Positions 1-9,335 of a DNA stretch of 64,000 nt are shown here, in pieces. A model generated the notes under the pieces. The model made no database searches. It was not told the origin of the DNA and saw only the letters and a program-made list of their open reading frames with translations. Position 1 is the first letter of the stretch; each line of letters starts with the position of its first letter. The stretch is taken from positions 3,508-67,507 of the forward strand of contig JANLWX010000019.1 in the NCBI GenBank assembly GCA_031364845.1. The letters are read 5' to 3'. The DNA comes from Candidatus Eiseniibacteriota bacterium. Its GTDB lineage: Bacteria > Eisenbacteria > RBG-16-71-46. Both the position numbers and the translations under genes were made by a program.

Positions 1-666
1 GAGGAACCGGCTCGTCCACCAGCGCGCGTACACGATCAGCCCGCTGCGCGGATCGACCGTCGGCTCCTCCGCTCCGTTGCGCTCGGAGGTGATGCGCAGC
101 AGCCGCGTGCCGTCGGCGCGTACGACGAACAAGTTGCTCGCCGGCATGCCGGCTTCGGCGATCTGCGGATAGCGCGTGCTCGCGAACACGATGCGATCGT
201 CGGGGAGCCACACTGGATCGAAGTCGTCGTAACGCTCGAAGTGCCGCGCATCGGCGCCGAAGCGCGCGACATCGAGCGCGCGATCGGTGCGGGTCACGGG
301 CGTGAGGCCGCGTCCGTCGGCGCCGACGATCCAGATGCGCCACGCGCTATCGCGCGCCGCGGTAGCGGCGAACGCAATGCGCCGTCCGTCGTAGGACACC
401 GCCGGATCCGAGACGTCGAAGAACCTGCCGCGCGGCAGCAGCGCCGTGATCCGGCCGCTGATGCTGCGCACCATGAGCCGCCCGCCGACGATGGCGGTGC
501 GATGGAGCGGCCCCACGCCGGGCACCGCACCCGGCGCATCCGCGATCGGCGAGCGCGAGACGAACACGATCGGCGGTGCCGCCGTCACGCGCCCGATGCG
601 AAGCGGTGCGAGCGCGGAACCGACCGTCCCCGCGATCAGCACCGCGAGCGCGAATCTCGCGATCAT
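1..666 (-). CDS. Secreted TolB-like / hydrazine-synthase-alpha-like beta-propeller protein (3' end runs off the window; absent from the ORF track)
   Basis: ATG at 666 overlaps the stop of the upstream gene (AAATGA). Manual translation stays open to base 1: MIARFALAVLIAG (signal peptide)...FDVSDPAVSYDGRRIAFA...WRIWIVGADG...DDFDPVWLPDDRIVFASTR...NLFVVRADG...RITSERNGAEEPTVDPRSGLIVYARWW. These are PD40/TolB-type repeats. Confidence 0.8.
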   Translation of the reverse strand, partial: MIARFALAVLIAGTVGSALAPLRIGRVTAAPPIVFVSRSPIADAPGAVPGVGPLHRTAIVGGRLMVRSISGRITALLPRGRFFDVSDPAVSYDGRRIAFAATAARDSAWRIWIVGADGRGLTPVTRTDRALDVARFGADARHFERYDDFDPVWLPDDRIVFASTRYPQIAEAGMPASNLFVVRADGTRLLRITSERNGAEEPTVDPRSGLIVYARWWTSRFL

Positions 667-2234
667 TTCACGAGCGGCACGCGGTGCTCGAAGGTCCGGC
701 CGTCCACGACCAGGCGCGCGAAATAGATCCCCGACCCCACGGCGCGTCCTCCCTGATCGAGTCCGTTCCACGACGCGCGGTAGCGTCCCGCGTTGTCCTG
801 GCGCGCCGTCACGAGCGCTCGCACCATCCGCCCGCGCACATCGTGGATCACGAGCGAGACGTGCGACCGCGCGGCCAGCGACCAGCTGAACTCGACGCGT
901 CCGCTCGAAGGCGACGGATACGGTTTCGCAAACGACACCGAGGGCACGGGCGTTTCGACCGAAACCGACTCGCCGCCCATGATCCGGCGGATCTCACCGG
1001 GCCCCGAAAACGGCGTCGCGAACTGGCGGCAGTAGTAGAGCGCTCCATCCTTGCCGAGCGCGTAGTCCGAGACCGCGACGAAGTTCGAGCCCCAGAACTC
1101 GGCCGACGGCTGGCCCGCGACCGGTGCGGCGATGGTCCACGTCGATCCGTCGCGCTCAAGCCGGCGCATGAATCCGTCGTAGTAGTCGCTCGCGAACGCG
1201 TCACCCTCATAGGCCACCGGGAACGCGAACGCCGCGCCCGCAAGCCGCCGGTAGATGCCGGCGCTCATCACCGACGCCGCACCCGTCTCCGAATGGCTCA
1301 TCACGTGGATCGGACCCGTCAGCGGCCCGACGATCGGGGCACCCGCGTTGTTGACCGCGTTGCCTTCCATGCGCGGCCAGCCAAAATTGCGCCCGCCGCT
1401 CGAGGTCTCGTCCACCTCTTCCCACGTGGTCTCGCCGACGTCCGCGATCAGCACGCGACCGGTCGGCGGATCGATCTGGAACCGGAACGGATTGCGCAGG
1501 CCCCACGCCCAGACCAGCTTCGCATTCGGACTGCCGGTCGCAGAGAACGGATTGCCGGCGGCCGCGATCTGCGCGCGCGTCGCGGTGCCGGCGCCCGGCG
1601 GAAGCTGCGAGACATCGAGGCGCAGGATCACGCCGCGCAACGAGGTCGTGTCCTGAGCGGCAGCGCTGTTCGCATCGTCGCCGAGGCTCACATAGAGCAT
1701 GCCGTCGGGACCGAAGCGCACCGTGCCACCATTGTGATTGATCGCGTTGTCCGGAATGTCGGTGATCAGATCATGGCGGCTGAGCGTGTCGAGGAAGATC
1801 TTCCCGGCGGGATCCGACAACGCCCCGGTCGCGGTGAAGCGCGAGATGCGGATCTTATTCCCGGTGTGCGTCGAGTGCGTGTAGAGGTAAGGACGTGCCG
1901 GCCAGTCCGGATCGACCGCGATGCCGAGCAACCCGCGCTCGAAGGCGGCCGAATTGACCGAGGGCACGGTTCCCACGGTGTCGACCGCAACCGGCGGTCC
2001 CATACGGATCGACTTGATGCGCGCGGAGCGCTGCTCGATCACGAGCAGGCGGCCATCGGGCAAGAACGCGATCCCGACCGGCTGCGAGAGGCCGGCAGCG
2101 ACCAGTTGGTCGGTGAATCCGGTGGGGACCGTGGCCTGAGCCGCGGCGCACACGGGCAGGACGCAGACAAAGCCGAAAACGCTGAGCAGGCGGGCGAACG
2201 CGTGGGGGGCGCGGGTCATAGCACGAATATTCAT
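663..2234 (-). CDS. PQQ-dependent sugar dehydrogenase (GSDH family) with C-terminal FlgD-Ig/CTD-like domain
   Basis: Signal peptide; motifs ERGLLGIAVDP, NHNGGTVRFGPDGMLY, GLRNPFRF, DVGETTWEEVD, GGRNFGWP; tail WNGLDQGG...GIYFARL. GGGAGA RBS before ATG 2234. Confidence 0.9.
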   Translation of the reverse strand: MNIRAMTRAPHAFARLLSVFGFVCVLPVCAAAQATVPTGFTDQLVAAGLSQPVGIAFLPDGRLLVIEQRSARIKSIRMGPPVAVDTVGTVPSVNSAAFERGLLGIAVDPDWPARPYLYTHSTHTGNKIRISRFTATGALSDPAGKIFLDTLSRHDLITDIPDNAINHNGGTVRFGPDGMLYVSLGDDANSAAAQDTTSLRGVILRLDVSQLPPGAGTATRAQIAAAGNPFSATGSPNAKLVWAWGLRNPFRFQIDPPTGRVLIADVGETTWEEVDETSSGGRNFGWPRMEGNAVNNAGAPIVGPLTGPIHVMSHSETGAASVMSAGIYRRLAGAAFAFPVAYEGDAFASDYYDGFMRRLERDGSTWTIAAPVAGQPSAEFWGSNFVAVSDYALGKDGALYYCRQFATPFSGPGEIRRIMGGESVSVETPVPSVSFAKPYPSPSSGRVEFSWSLAARSHVSLVIHDVRGRMVRALVTARQDNAGRYRASWNGLDQGGRAVGSGIYFARLVVDGRTFEHRVPLVK

Positions 2235-2579
2235 CGGATCTCCCGGCGCAGGATGGTTGCGGTTCGGCCTGTGCACAAGGGTACGACAGACCATAGGGTT
2301 GCGTCACCGTCGCCGGTCCCGGAGCCTTCGAAATCGTCTGGTTTCGGACCGATCCATCCACTGCCGGAGCGGACTTCGAGCATCATCACTAAACTCGAAA
2401 TCCTCCCGCTCCTGGCATCAGTCATCCGATGTCCGTCCTTCTCCGTAGGGGAATCGACAGCGCAACCGGGACATCGGTTCCGGTTCCGTTGTCCGATCCG
2501 CCCCCGGCCTGCTGATGCCGGCCGGGCCCCTCTCGGAACTGGTCGCAGCAGTCGCGATCGCAGGAAAGGAACCACCATC

Positions 2580-4289
2580 ATGACACCGAGGAATCTGTTC
2601 TCCTCAACGCTTGCGGCACTGTTCGTGGCCGGCGCGCTCGGCGCGTCGCTCGCGACGGCTTCGAGTCACCGCGAAGCCCCGGCGATCTCCAAGGATCCGA
2701 CCGCGGACAACACCGACGTCTACGCCTTCCGCAGCCCCGACAAGCCGAATACCGTGACGATGATCAGCAACTGGCTCCCGCTGCTCGAGCCGGCCGGCGG
2801 ACCGAACTTCTTCTCGTTCGACGACAAGGCCGTCTACACCATCATCGTCGACAACGCCGGTGATGCGCAGGATCACATCGTCTACGAATTCCGCTTCAAG
2901 ACCCACGTGCGCAACGGCAACACGTTCCTCTACAACACCGGCGCCGTGACCTCGCCGTCCGATCCCGATCTGAATGTCTATCAGACGTACTCGGTCAAGA
3001 AGATCGTCAACGGAAGCAGCACCACGATCGGCTCCGATCTGCTGACGCAGCCGAACCGCGTCGGACCCAAGTCGACGCCGAACATCAACGAGCTCGGCGA
3101 AGACGCCGTGCATAAGCTGTCGGACGGTTCGTATGTGTTCGCCGGCGAGCGCGACGATCCGTTCTTCGTGGATCTCGGCGGCGTGTTCGACCTGCTCACG
3201 ATCCGCAAGCTTCCGGGCGATCTCGGACAGGGCGTCGACGGTCTGCGCGGATTCAACACGCTGTCGATCGCGATCCAGGTGCCGATCGAGAAGCTCACGA
3301 AGGACGCCAAGAGCGCGAGCGCGACGGGCTTTCCGATCCTCGGCATCTATTCAACCACCGAGCGCGACGGCAAGCGCGTGTCGCGGCTCGGCGCCCCGCT
3401 CGTGAACGAGGTTGTGATTCCGCTCAAGGACAAGGACAAGTGGAACGCGAGCGATCCTGCCGATGACGGCCAGTTCCTGAGCTACGTCACGAACCCGGAA
3501 CTCGCGGGCCTGCTGAATGCGCTGTACGGCATCAGCGTTCCCCCGGCTCCCCGCAATGACCTGGTCGCGGTGTTCCTGACCGGTGTCGCCGGCCTGACCC
3601 AGCCTGCGGGCGGCACGCCGAACGAGATGCTGCGGCTCAACGTCTCGATTCCTCCGAGCAGCAACCCCAGCCGTCTCGGTGTGCTGGGCGGCGACCTCGC
3701 CGGATTCCCCAACGGCCGCCGGCTCGCGGACGACGTGACCGACATCGAGCTGCGCGCGGTCGCGGGTGTGCTCGTCAGCGGATACAACATCGCCCCGAAC
3801 AATCGTCTTGGTGACGGTGTCGACTTCAACGATCGCGCGTTCCTGAGGGAGTTCCCCTACGTCGCGCGTCCGTTCGATCCGGTGGCGCACAATCACCATC
3901 GCACCGAGCCCGCAAGCGGACCCGGCCCGGCGGCCGAGCGTCTCGACTCAGGACGTGCCGACGGCGAGAACACGATCATGGTCGAGTCCGAAGACTTCGT
4001 GGAAGGCGCCGATGAGGACTCGCCGCTCCAGATCCGCAGCTCGCAGCCGGCGAAGCGCGCGCTGCTGCGCTACACGCTGGCCCGTGAAGCGGCCGTGACA
4101 CTGCGCATCTTCGACGTCCAGGGTCGCAACGTGAAGACGCTGGTCGACGAGCGCAATCAGCCGGGCGCGATCGACGTCCAGTGGGACGGCTCCGATGACT
4201 TCGGCTCGTTCGCCGGCAACGGAGTCTTCTTTGCCCGTTACTCGGTCGACGGCAAGCTCGTGAACACGAAGAAGCTCGTGGTTCGCTGA
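2580..4289 (+). CDS. DUF4331-family secreted protein, copy 1, with FlgD-Ig/CTD-like tail
   Basis: Signal peptide followed by SSHREAP, DNTDVYAFRSP, AGERDDPFFVDL, RLGAPLVNEV, GFPNGRRLADDVTDI. AGGA RBS before ATG 2580. The ORF-track start at 576 is an antisense shadow extension. Confidence 0.9.
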   Translation: MTPRNLFSSTLAALFVAGALGASLATASSHREAPAISKDPTADNTDVYAFRSPDKPNTVTMISNWLPLLEPAGGPNFFSFDDKAVYTIIVDNAGDAQDHIVYEFRFKTHVRNGNTFLYNTGAVTSPSDPDLNVYQTYSVKKIVNGSSTTIGSDLLTQPNRVGPKSTPNINELGEDAVHKLSDGSYVFAGERDDPFFVDLGGVFDLLTIRKLPGDLGQGVDGLRGFNTLSIAIQVPIEKLTKDAKSASATGFPILGIYSTTERDGKRVSRLGAPLVNEVVIPLKDKDKWNASDPADDGQFLSYVTNPELAGLLNALYGISVPPAPRNDLVAVFLTGVAGLTQPAGGTPNEMLRLNVSIPPSSNPSRLGVLGGDLAGFPNGRRLADDVTDIELRAVAGVLVSGYNIAPNNRLGDGVDFNDRAFLREFPYVARPFDPVAHNHHRTEPASGPGPAAERLDSGRADGENTIMVESEDFVEGADEDSPLQIRSSQPAKRALLRYTLAREAAVTLRIFDVQGRNVKTLVDERNQPGAIDVQWDGSDDFGSFAGNGVFFARYSVDGKLVNTKKLVVR

Positions 4290-4313
4290 TAACGTTCATA
4301 TATTTGAAGTCCT

Positions 4314-4358
4314 GCGACGGCCCGGTCGGAAACTCGACCGGGCCGTTCGCGTTTCTCT
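4314..4358 (+). terminator. Rho-independent terminator
   Basis: Stem cggcccggtcg / cgaccgggccg with a 6-nt loop, followed by gtttctctt, just after the stop at 4289. Confidence 0.75.
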
Positions 4359-4413
4359 TCACGAAAAAAATAGTCGGCCAAATCCAGAGAATCTAGCTTC
4401 GAGAACCTTCCCG

Positions 4414-4429
4414 AGGCACGCGCAGTGCT
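4414..4429 (+). promoter_or_regulatory. Possible sigma54 (-24/-12) promoter for DUF4331 copy 2
   Basis: AGGCACGCGCAGTGCT has GG(4415) and GC(4427) at the canonical 12-nt offset, with two mismatches to TGGCACG-N4-TTGC. Confidence 0.35.
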
Positions 4430-4715
4430 TGTGTGAAATGACGACGTGCATTCGTCGCGAGCATTCCGTGCTGATCGCCAATGAATCTCAACATTCGGCG
4501 AACCCAGCGAGCTTCCAGATCGAGTACTCGCTACAAAAGAATGGCCGTTTTGACGAAGCAACGGGCCCGATGGTTCTCCCTCCAGCGCCGAGCCTCACGG
4601 ATTTCAACAGCACGCATTTTGGTTCCGCTCCTCGCCGTTTGCGTGCACCAAACACAGCAGGGGCACCCCTCAGTCGCATCGCGAACCGATCGCGGCAGAA
4701 AAGGACACAGTGATC

Positions 4716-6464
4716 ATGGCTGGGAAGAAGAACATGCTGCTCTCCTCGTTGCTCCTGACAGGACTGTTCGGAGCGTCGTTCGCATTCGCCTCGAGCCACC
4801 GCGAGGCTCCCGGAATCGCGAAGGATCCGACCGCCGACAACACCGATGTCTACGCGTTTCGCAGCCCGGACAAGCCGAGCACGGCGACCCTGATCGCCAA
4901 CTGGCTGCCGATCGCCGAGCCGGCAGGCGGTCCGAACTTCTTCCAGTTCGACGACAAGGCGGTCTATCAGATCCACGTCGACAATGAAGTCAACGGACGC
5001 CACATCGTCTACGAATTCTATTTCAAGACCGGCATCCGCAACCCAAAGACGTTCCTCTACAACACGGGCGCGGTCACGTCTCCTACCGACTCCGACCTCA
5101 ATCTCTACCAGACGTACTCCGTCAAGAAGGTCGTTGACGGTAACAACGGCGAATGGATCGGCCGTGACCTGCGCACCCAGCCCAACCGGGTCGGGCCCAA
5201 GTCGACTCCGAGCATCAACGACCTCGCCACCAAGTCCATCTACGACCTCTCCGACGGCAGCAAGGTGTTCGCAGGCGAGCGTGACGATCCGTTCTTCGTC
5301 GATACGGGTGCCTTGTTCGACCTGCTCACGATCCGCAAGCTGCCGGGTGACCAGGGTGAAGGTGTGGACGGACTGCGCGGCTTCAATGTGCTGACGATCG
5401 CGCTTCAGGTTCCGATCAAGGATCTGGCGATGAGCAGCAGCGGCGACGGCGATGACGACGACGATGGCAACATCAAGGTCGGGGCGGACAGTCACATCGA
5501 CGCCAACTATCCGATCATCGGCGTCTATGCCAGCACCGAGCGCGCCGGCAAGCGCGTTTCACGTCTCGGCAGCCCGCTGGTCAACGAAGTCGTAATCCCG
5601 CTCGGCGACAAGGACAAGTGGAACATGAGCGATCCGAAGGACGACGCGCAGTTCCTCAAGTACGTCACGGATCCCGAGCCGGCGCGCCTGCTCAAGGCGC
5701 TCTACAACATCAACGTCCCGCCGACGCCGCGCAACGATCTGGTTGCGGTGTTCCTCACGGGCGTCAAGGATCTGAACCAGCCGAAGAATGGAACCCCGAG
5801 CGAAATGCTGCGGCTCAATCTCAAGATCGAGCCGAGCAGCAATCCGAGCCGTCTTGGTGTGCTGGCCGGTGACCTCGCCGGTTTCCCGAACGGCCGCCGG
5901 CTCGCGGATGACGTGACGGACATCGAGCTGCGCGCGCTGGCGGGCGTGCTCGTGCCGGGTTACAACGTCGCCCCGAACAATCGTCTGGGTGACGGCGTCG
6001 ATTTCAACGAGCGCGCGTTCCTGACCAAGTTCCCGTATGTCGCGTTCCCGCACGACGGGTTTGCGCACAATCACCATCGCACCGAGCCCGCGAGCAGCGC
6101 GGGGCCGGCTGCAGCGCGCATGGGATCAGGGGAAGCCGCGGAGGAACTCTCGATCGTCGTCGAAGAAGACGACTTCGTGGCGGGCATGGAAGTCGAGCCG
6201 CTGCAGGTTCGCGGCGAAATGCCGGCCAAGCGGGCGCTGCTGCGCTACGCCCTGCCGCGTGACGCGAACGTGACGCTGCGCATCTTCGATGTGCAGGGTC
6301 GCAACGTTAAGACGCTGGTCGACGAACACAGCAAGGCCGGAGCGGTCGACGTTCAGTGGGACGGATCCGATGACTTCGGAGCCACCGCCGGCAAGGGCGT
6401 GTTCTTCGCCCGCTACTCGGTGGACGGCAAGCTCGTCAACACGAAGAAGCTCGTCATTCGGTAG
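4716..6464 (+). CDS. DUF4331-family secreted protein, copy 2, with FlgD-Ig/CTD-like tail
   Basis: Same motifs as copy 1 (SSHREAP, GFPNGRRLADDVTDI), with long identical blocks and an extra acidic insert SSSGDGDDDDDG. Start is ATG 4716 (GTG 4710 is an alternative). Confidence 0.9.
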   Translation: MAGKKNMLLSSLLLTGLFGASFAFASSHREAPGIAKDPTADNTDVYAFRSPDKPSTATLIANWLPIAEPAGGPNFFQFDDKAVYQIHVDNEVNGRHIVYEFYFKTGIRNPKTFLYNTGAVTSPTDSDLNLYQTYSVKKVVDGNNGEWIGRDLRTQPNRVGPKSTPSINDLATKSIYDLSDGSKVFAGERDDPFFVDTGALFDLLTIRKLPGDQGEGVDGLRGFNVLTIALQVPIKDLAMSSSGDGDDDDDGNIKVGADSHIDANYPIIGVYASTERAGKRVSRLGSPLVNEVVIPLGDKDKWNMSDPKDDAQFLKYVTDPEPARLLKALYNINVPPTPRNDLVAVFLTGVKDLNQPKNGTPSEMLRLNLKIEPSSNPSRLGVLAGDLAGFPNGRRLADDVTDIELRALAGVLVPGYNVAPNNRLGDGVDFNERAFLTKFPYVAFPHDGFAHNHHRTEPASSAGPAAARMGSGEAAEELSIVVEEDDFVAGMEVEPLQVRGEMPAKRALLRYALPRDANVTLRIFDVQGRNVKTLVDEHSKAGAVDVQWDGSDDFGATAGKGVFFARYSVDGKLVNTKKLVIR

Positions 6465-6483
6465 TCTCGAACCACAAATTGAA

Positions 6484-6520
6484 AGCGGCCCGGTCGATGG
6501 ATGACCGGGCCGCTCTTTTG
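6484..6520 (+). terminator. Rho-independent terminator
   Basis: agcggcccggtc-gatggat-gaccgggccgct followed by ctttt; shares its stem core with the 4314 terminator. Confidence 0.8.
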
Positions 6521-6613
6521 TGAGCATTGCGGCCTGCCTCGCGGTTGCGCGTGCCGGCGCGCGGGACCTGGATTGGTTGCGCCTGCGTTCACTCACACCG
6601 ATACTCCGCCGCC

Positions 6614-7882
6614 ATGCACAGTGGACTCTCGGTCCGGATGATCATCGGACTGGTCGCGGGCGTGGTGTTGGGCGTCGCGGCGCATGTCGCCTTCGGCGGC
6701 GCGCCCGCGCTCGAGGCGTTCATCCGCTACGTGACCGAGCCCGTGGGCAAGATCTTCCTGCGCCTGCTGTTCGTGCTCGTGATCCCGCTGATCGTCTCGG
6801 CACTTGGACTCGGCGTCGCGGGGCTCGGCGACATCCGCCGCCTCGGCCGCATCGGCGCGAAGACGCTCGCCTACACGGTCGTCGTCTCGGCGATCGCGGT
6901 GCTGATCGGCGTGGTGCTCGTGAACACGATTCGTCCGGGTGCGGGAATCTCGCCCGAGTTGAAGCAGCAGCTCCAATTGCGCGCTTCGGCCGCGCCCGCC
7001 GCCGCTCCGTCCGCGGGTGCTACCGGGATCGACTTCGTGGTGGGCCTCGTCCCGCAGAATGCGATCAAGGCGATGGCCGACGGCGACATGCTCGCGGTGA
7101 TGGTGTTCGCGCTCCTGATCGGCATCGGCCTGGCCCTCACGCGCACCGAGCCCGCGCGGCGGTTCGAAGAGGCGCTGCAGGGACTCTACGACGTCGTGAT
7201 GCGCCTGCTCGGGCTGGTCCTGCTCGCCGCACCGTTCGCGGTCGCGTGCCTGCTGTTCACGCTCACGGCGCGGCTCGGCTACCTAGTGCTGCTCCAGCTC
7301 GGCGCGTACGTTTTTGTCGTGCTGCTGGCGCTCGCGATCCAGCAGTTCGTCGTCTACTCGATCTCGGTGGCGTGGCTCGGGCGCATGAACCCGCTCGTGT
7401 TCTTCAAGGCGATCCGCGAAGCGATGCTGACCGCGTTCTCGACCGCCTCGAGCAATGCGACACTTCCGACCTCTCTGTGGGTCGCCGAAGAGCACTTGAA
7501 GCTGCCGCGCCACGTGAGCCGCTTCGTGCTCACGATCGGATCGACCGCCAACCAGAACGGGACCGCGCTGTTCGAAGGCGTCACCGTGCTGTTCCTCGCC
7601 CAGTTCTACGGGATCGAGCTGCAGTTCTCACAGCAGCTCACCGTGGTCTTCATCTGCATCCTCGGCGGCATCGGCACCGCGGGCGTTCCGGCCGGATCGA
7701 TCCCGGTCGTCGTGATGATCCTGGGGCTGGTCGGTATTCCGGCCGAAGGCATCGGCATGATCTTGGGCGTCGACCGCTTCCTCGACATGTGCCGGACCAC
7801 ACTCAACGTCACGGGCGATCTCGCCGCGGCGGTCGTGGTCTCGCGCGGCGAAGGGGAATTCGTGGAGATGGAAGGGATGTAA
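6614..7882 (+). CDS. Dicarboxylate/amino acid:cation symporter (DAACS, GltP-like)
   Basis: Motifs AFSTASSNATLP, GSTANQNGTALFE, GIGTAGVPAGS, ILGVDRFLDMCRTTLNVTGD; multiple TM helices. Confidence 0.95.
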   Translation: MHSGLSVRMIIGLVAGVVLGVAAHVAFGGAPALEAFIRYVTEPVGKIFLRLLFVLVIPLIVSALGLGVAGLGDIRRLGRIGAKTLAYTVVVSAIAVLIGVVLVNTIRPGAGISPELKQQLQLRASAAPAAAPSAGATGIDFVVGLVPQNAIKAMADGDMLAVMVFALLIGIGLALTRTEPARRFEEALQGLYDVVMRLLGLVLLAAPFAVACLLFTLTARLGYLVLLQLGAYVFVVLLALAIQQFVVYSISVAWLGRMNPLVFFKAIREAMLTAFSTASSNATLPTSLWVAEEHLKLPRHVSRFVLTIGSTANQNGTALFEGVTVLFLAQFYGIELQFSQQLTVVFICILGGIGTAGVPAGSIPVVVMILGLVGIPAEGIGMILGVDRFLDMCRTTLNVTGDLAAAVVVSRGEGEFVEMEGM

Positions 7883-8133
7883 CCGGCTTCGCCTTCGGCC
7901 ACGTCGCCGCAGCGCAAAGGGCGAGATCGTGTTTCGCTCCTCCTGTTCCTACAATAATCTTCTGCAGTTACGGCGATCTAGACACGCACTCGACCGGTCC
8001 AACCCTTCCGCCAGCCTGCTATCTCCTATGTGGCGCCGCGCTTGTAAGAATCATCGGCGAACTCACATCTCGGGCATGGTCTCTGCTGGATGGGATGACG
8101 GTGCCGCCCCGTAACTCTTCCGAGAGGACCCCC

Positions 8134-9255
8134 ATGAACTTCATCAGACTCAGTTCCGTCGCCGCGAGCATTCTGGCTGCCGCATTCCTGGCCGGCTGTA
8201 CGGCGGCAGATCGAGACAAAGCAGGCCCACGGCCGGCTTCGGCGTCGACTACTGAAGACCAGGGCACGGTCGAAAAGATCATCGCAAACTGGCCCGAGCG
8301 CCCACGACTTGGGGCGGTACAGATGATCGCCAAGTATGGAGCGCCCCAGGAGATCACCGCGGAACGGTTGATCTGGAACAATCCTGGCCCCTTCAAGAGA
8401 ATCATGGTGATGAACCTCGAGACACCGCACGACTTCCCCCTGCCGCACGTCGACTACATGGAACACACGATCAACTACAACGTGCCGCAGAACAAAGTCG
8501 GCGACCTGATCGCGTTCGATGCGAGCAGCACGATCAATCGCACCGTGGGCGAGCTCTCGGCGCGCTGTGATCTCGAAGGCCACAATGTGCTGACGCTCAA
8601 TCTCGATCACGACATCGTCACTGGCAAGAAGACCGTGGCAGAGGCTCGCAAGGCATTTGGTGAGATTGTGGGGCAGGACGTAACGGGCAAACATCCGGCG
8701 TACGTCGAAGGGCTTCAATTCAAGACCATGACCGCGACCGCTTTTGCAGACAAGCCGGTGATTCCGGGCTCGCCCTTACGCGCCGGCGATCCTGCCGCGA
8801 ATGGGGACGGAGGTGACGCCGAGATTCTGGCGAGCGTTTTCGCCATCGACCTCAATGAAGTCAACGCCGCCGCAGAAGCTCAGAGGAAGAAGATGAGCCA
8901 ACCCGTCCTCGACTTCGCGAAAATGCTTCACGAAGCGCACGGCACGAACATGACCAAGACCATGGAGCTCGGTCAGCAGATGGGTTCGAGCCCGGCCATC
9001 ACGGCAACCGTGGAAGGCATGCAGAAGAAGGGCGCGGGTGAACTCGCAGCGTTGGTTATGTTGGACGGCGAGGAATTCGAGCGCGCCTACCTGACCGCGA
9101 TGGTCAAGGGTCATGAAGAGGCCTTGAGCATGATCGACGGCCAGCTCTTGAAGACGGTGAAGAACGGCAAGCTCCGGGAGCATCTAACCGCGACCCGTGC
9201 ACATGTCGCCCACCACCTAGAGAAGGCCAAGGAACTTCAAGGCGGCCGAAGCTAA
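8134..9255 (+). CDS. Lipoprotein: uncharacterised N-terminal domain fused to a DUF4142 (ferritin-like) domain
   Basis: GAGGA RBS; lipobox LAGC. N domain KYGAPQE...HDFPLPHVDYMEH...ELSARCD. C domain has the DUF4142 pattern (EVNAAAEA, FAKMLHEAH, FERAYLTAMVKGHEE, HVAHHLEKA). Confidence 0.75.
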   Translation: MNFIRLSSVAASILAAAFLAGCTAADRDKAGPRPASASTTEDQGTVEKIIANWPERPRLGAVQMIAKYGAPQEITAERLIWNNPGPFKRIMVMNLETPHDFPLPHVDYMEHTINYNVPQNKVGDLIAFDASSTINRTVGELSARCDLEGHNVLTLNLDHDIVTGKKTVAEARKAFGEIVGQDVTGKHPAYVEGLQFKTMTATAFADKPVIPGSPLRAGDPAANGDGGDAEILASVFAIDLNEVNAAAEAQRKKMSQPVLDFAKMLHEAHGTNMTKTMELGQQMGSSPAITATVEGMQKKGAGELAALVMLDGEEFERAYLTAMVKGHEEALSMIDGQLLKTVKNGKLREHLTATRAHVAHHLEKAKELQGGRS

Positions 9256-9335
9256 ACGGTCCCGGGCGAATGCCTTGATCCTTAATTACACAGCATCTAA
9301 CGCAGGTCCGGGGCTCGCTCTGGGCCTGCGTTGTT

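Noticed and set aside
576-2579. N-terminal extension of the 1237-aa ORF
   Set aside because: Antisense shadow of the GSDH gene; the real DUF4331 start has an RBS at 2580.
6520-8133. N-terminal part of the 911-aa ORF
   Set aside because: Off-frame shadow over the DAACS gene; the real protein starts at 8134.
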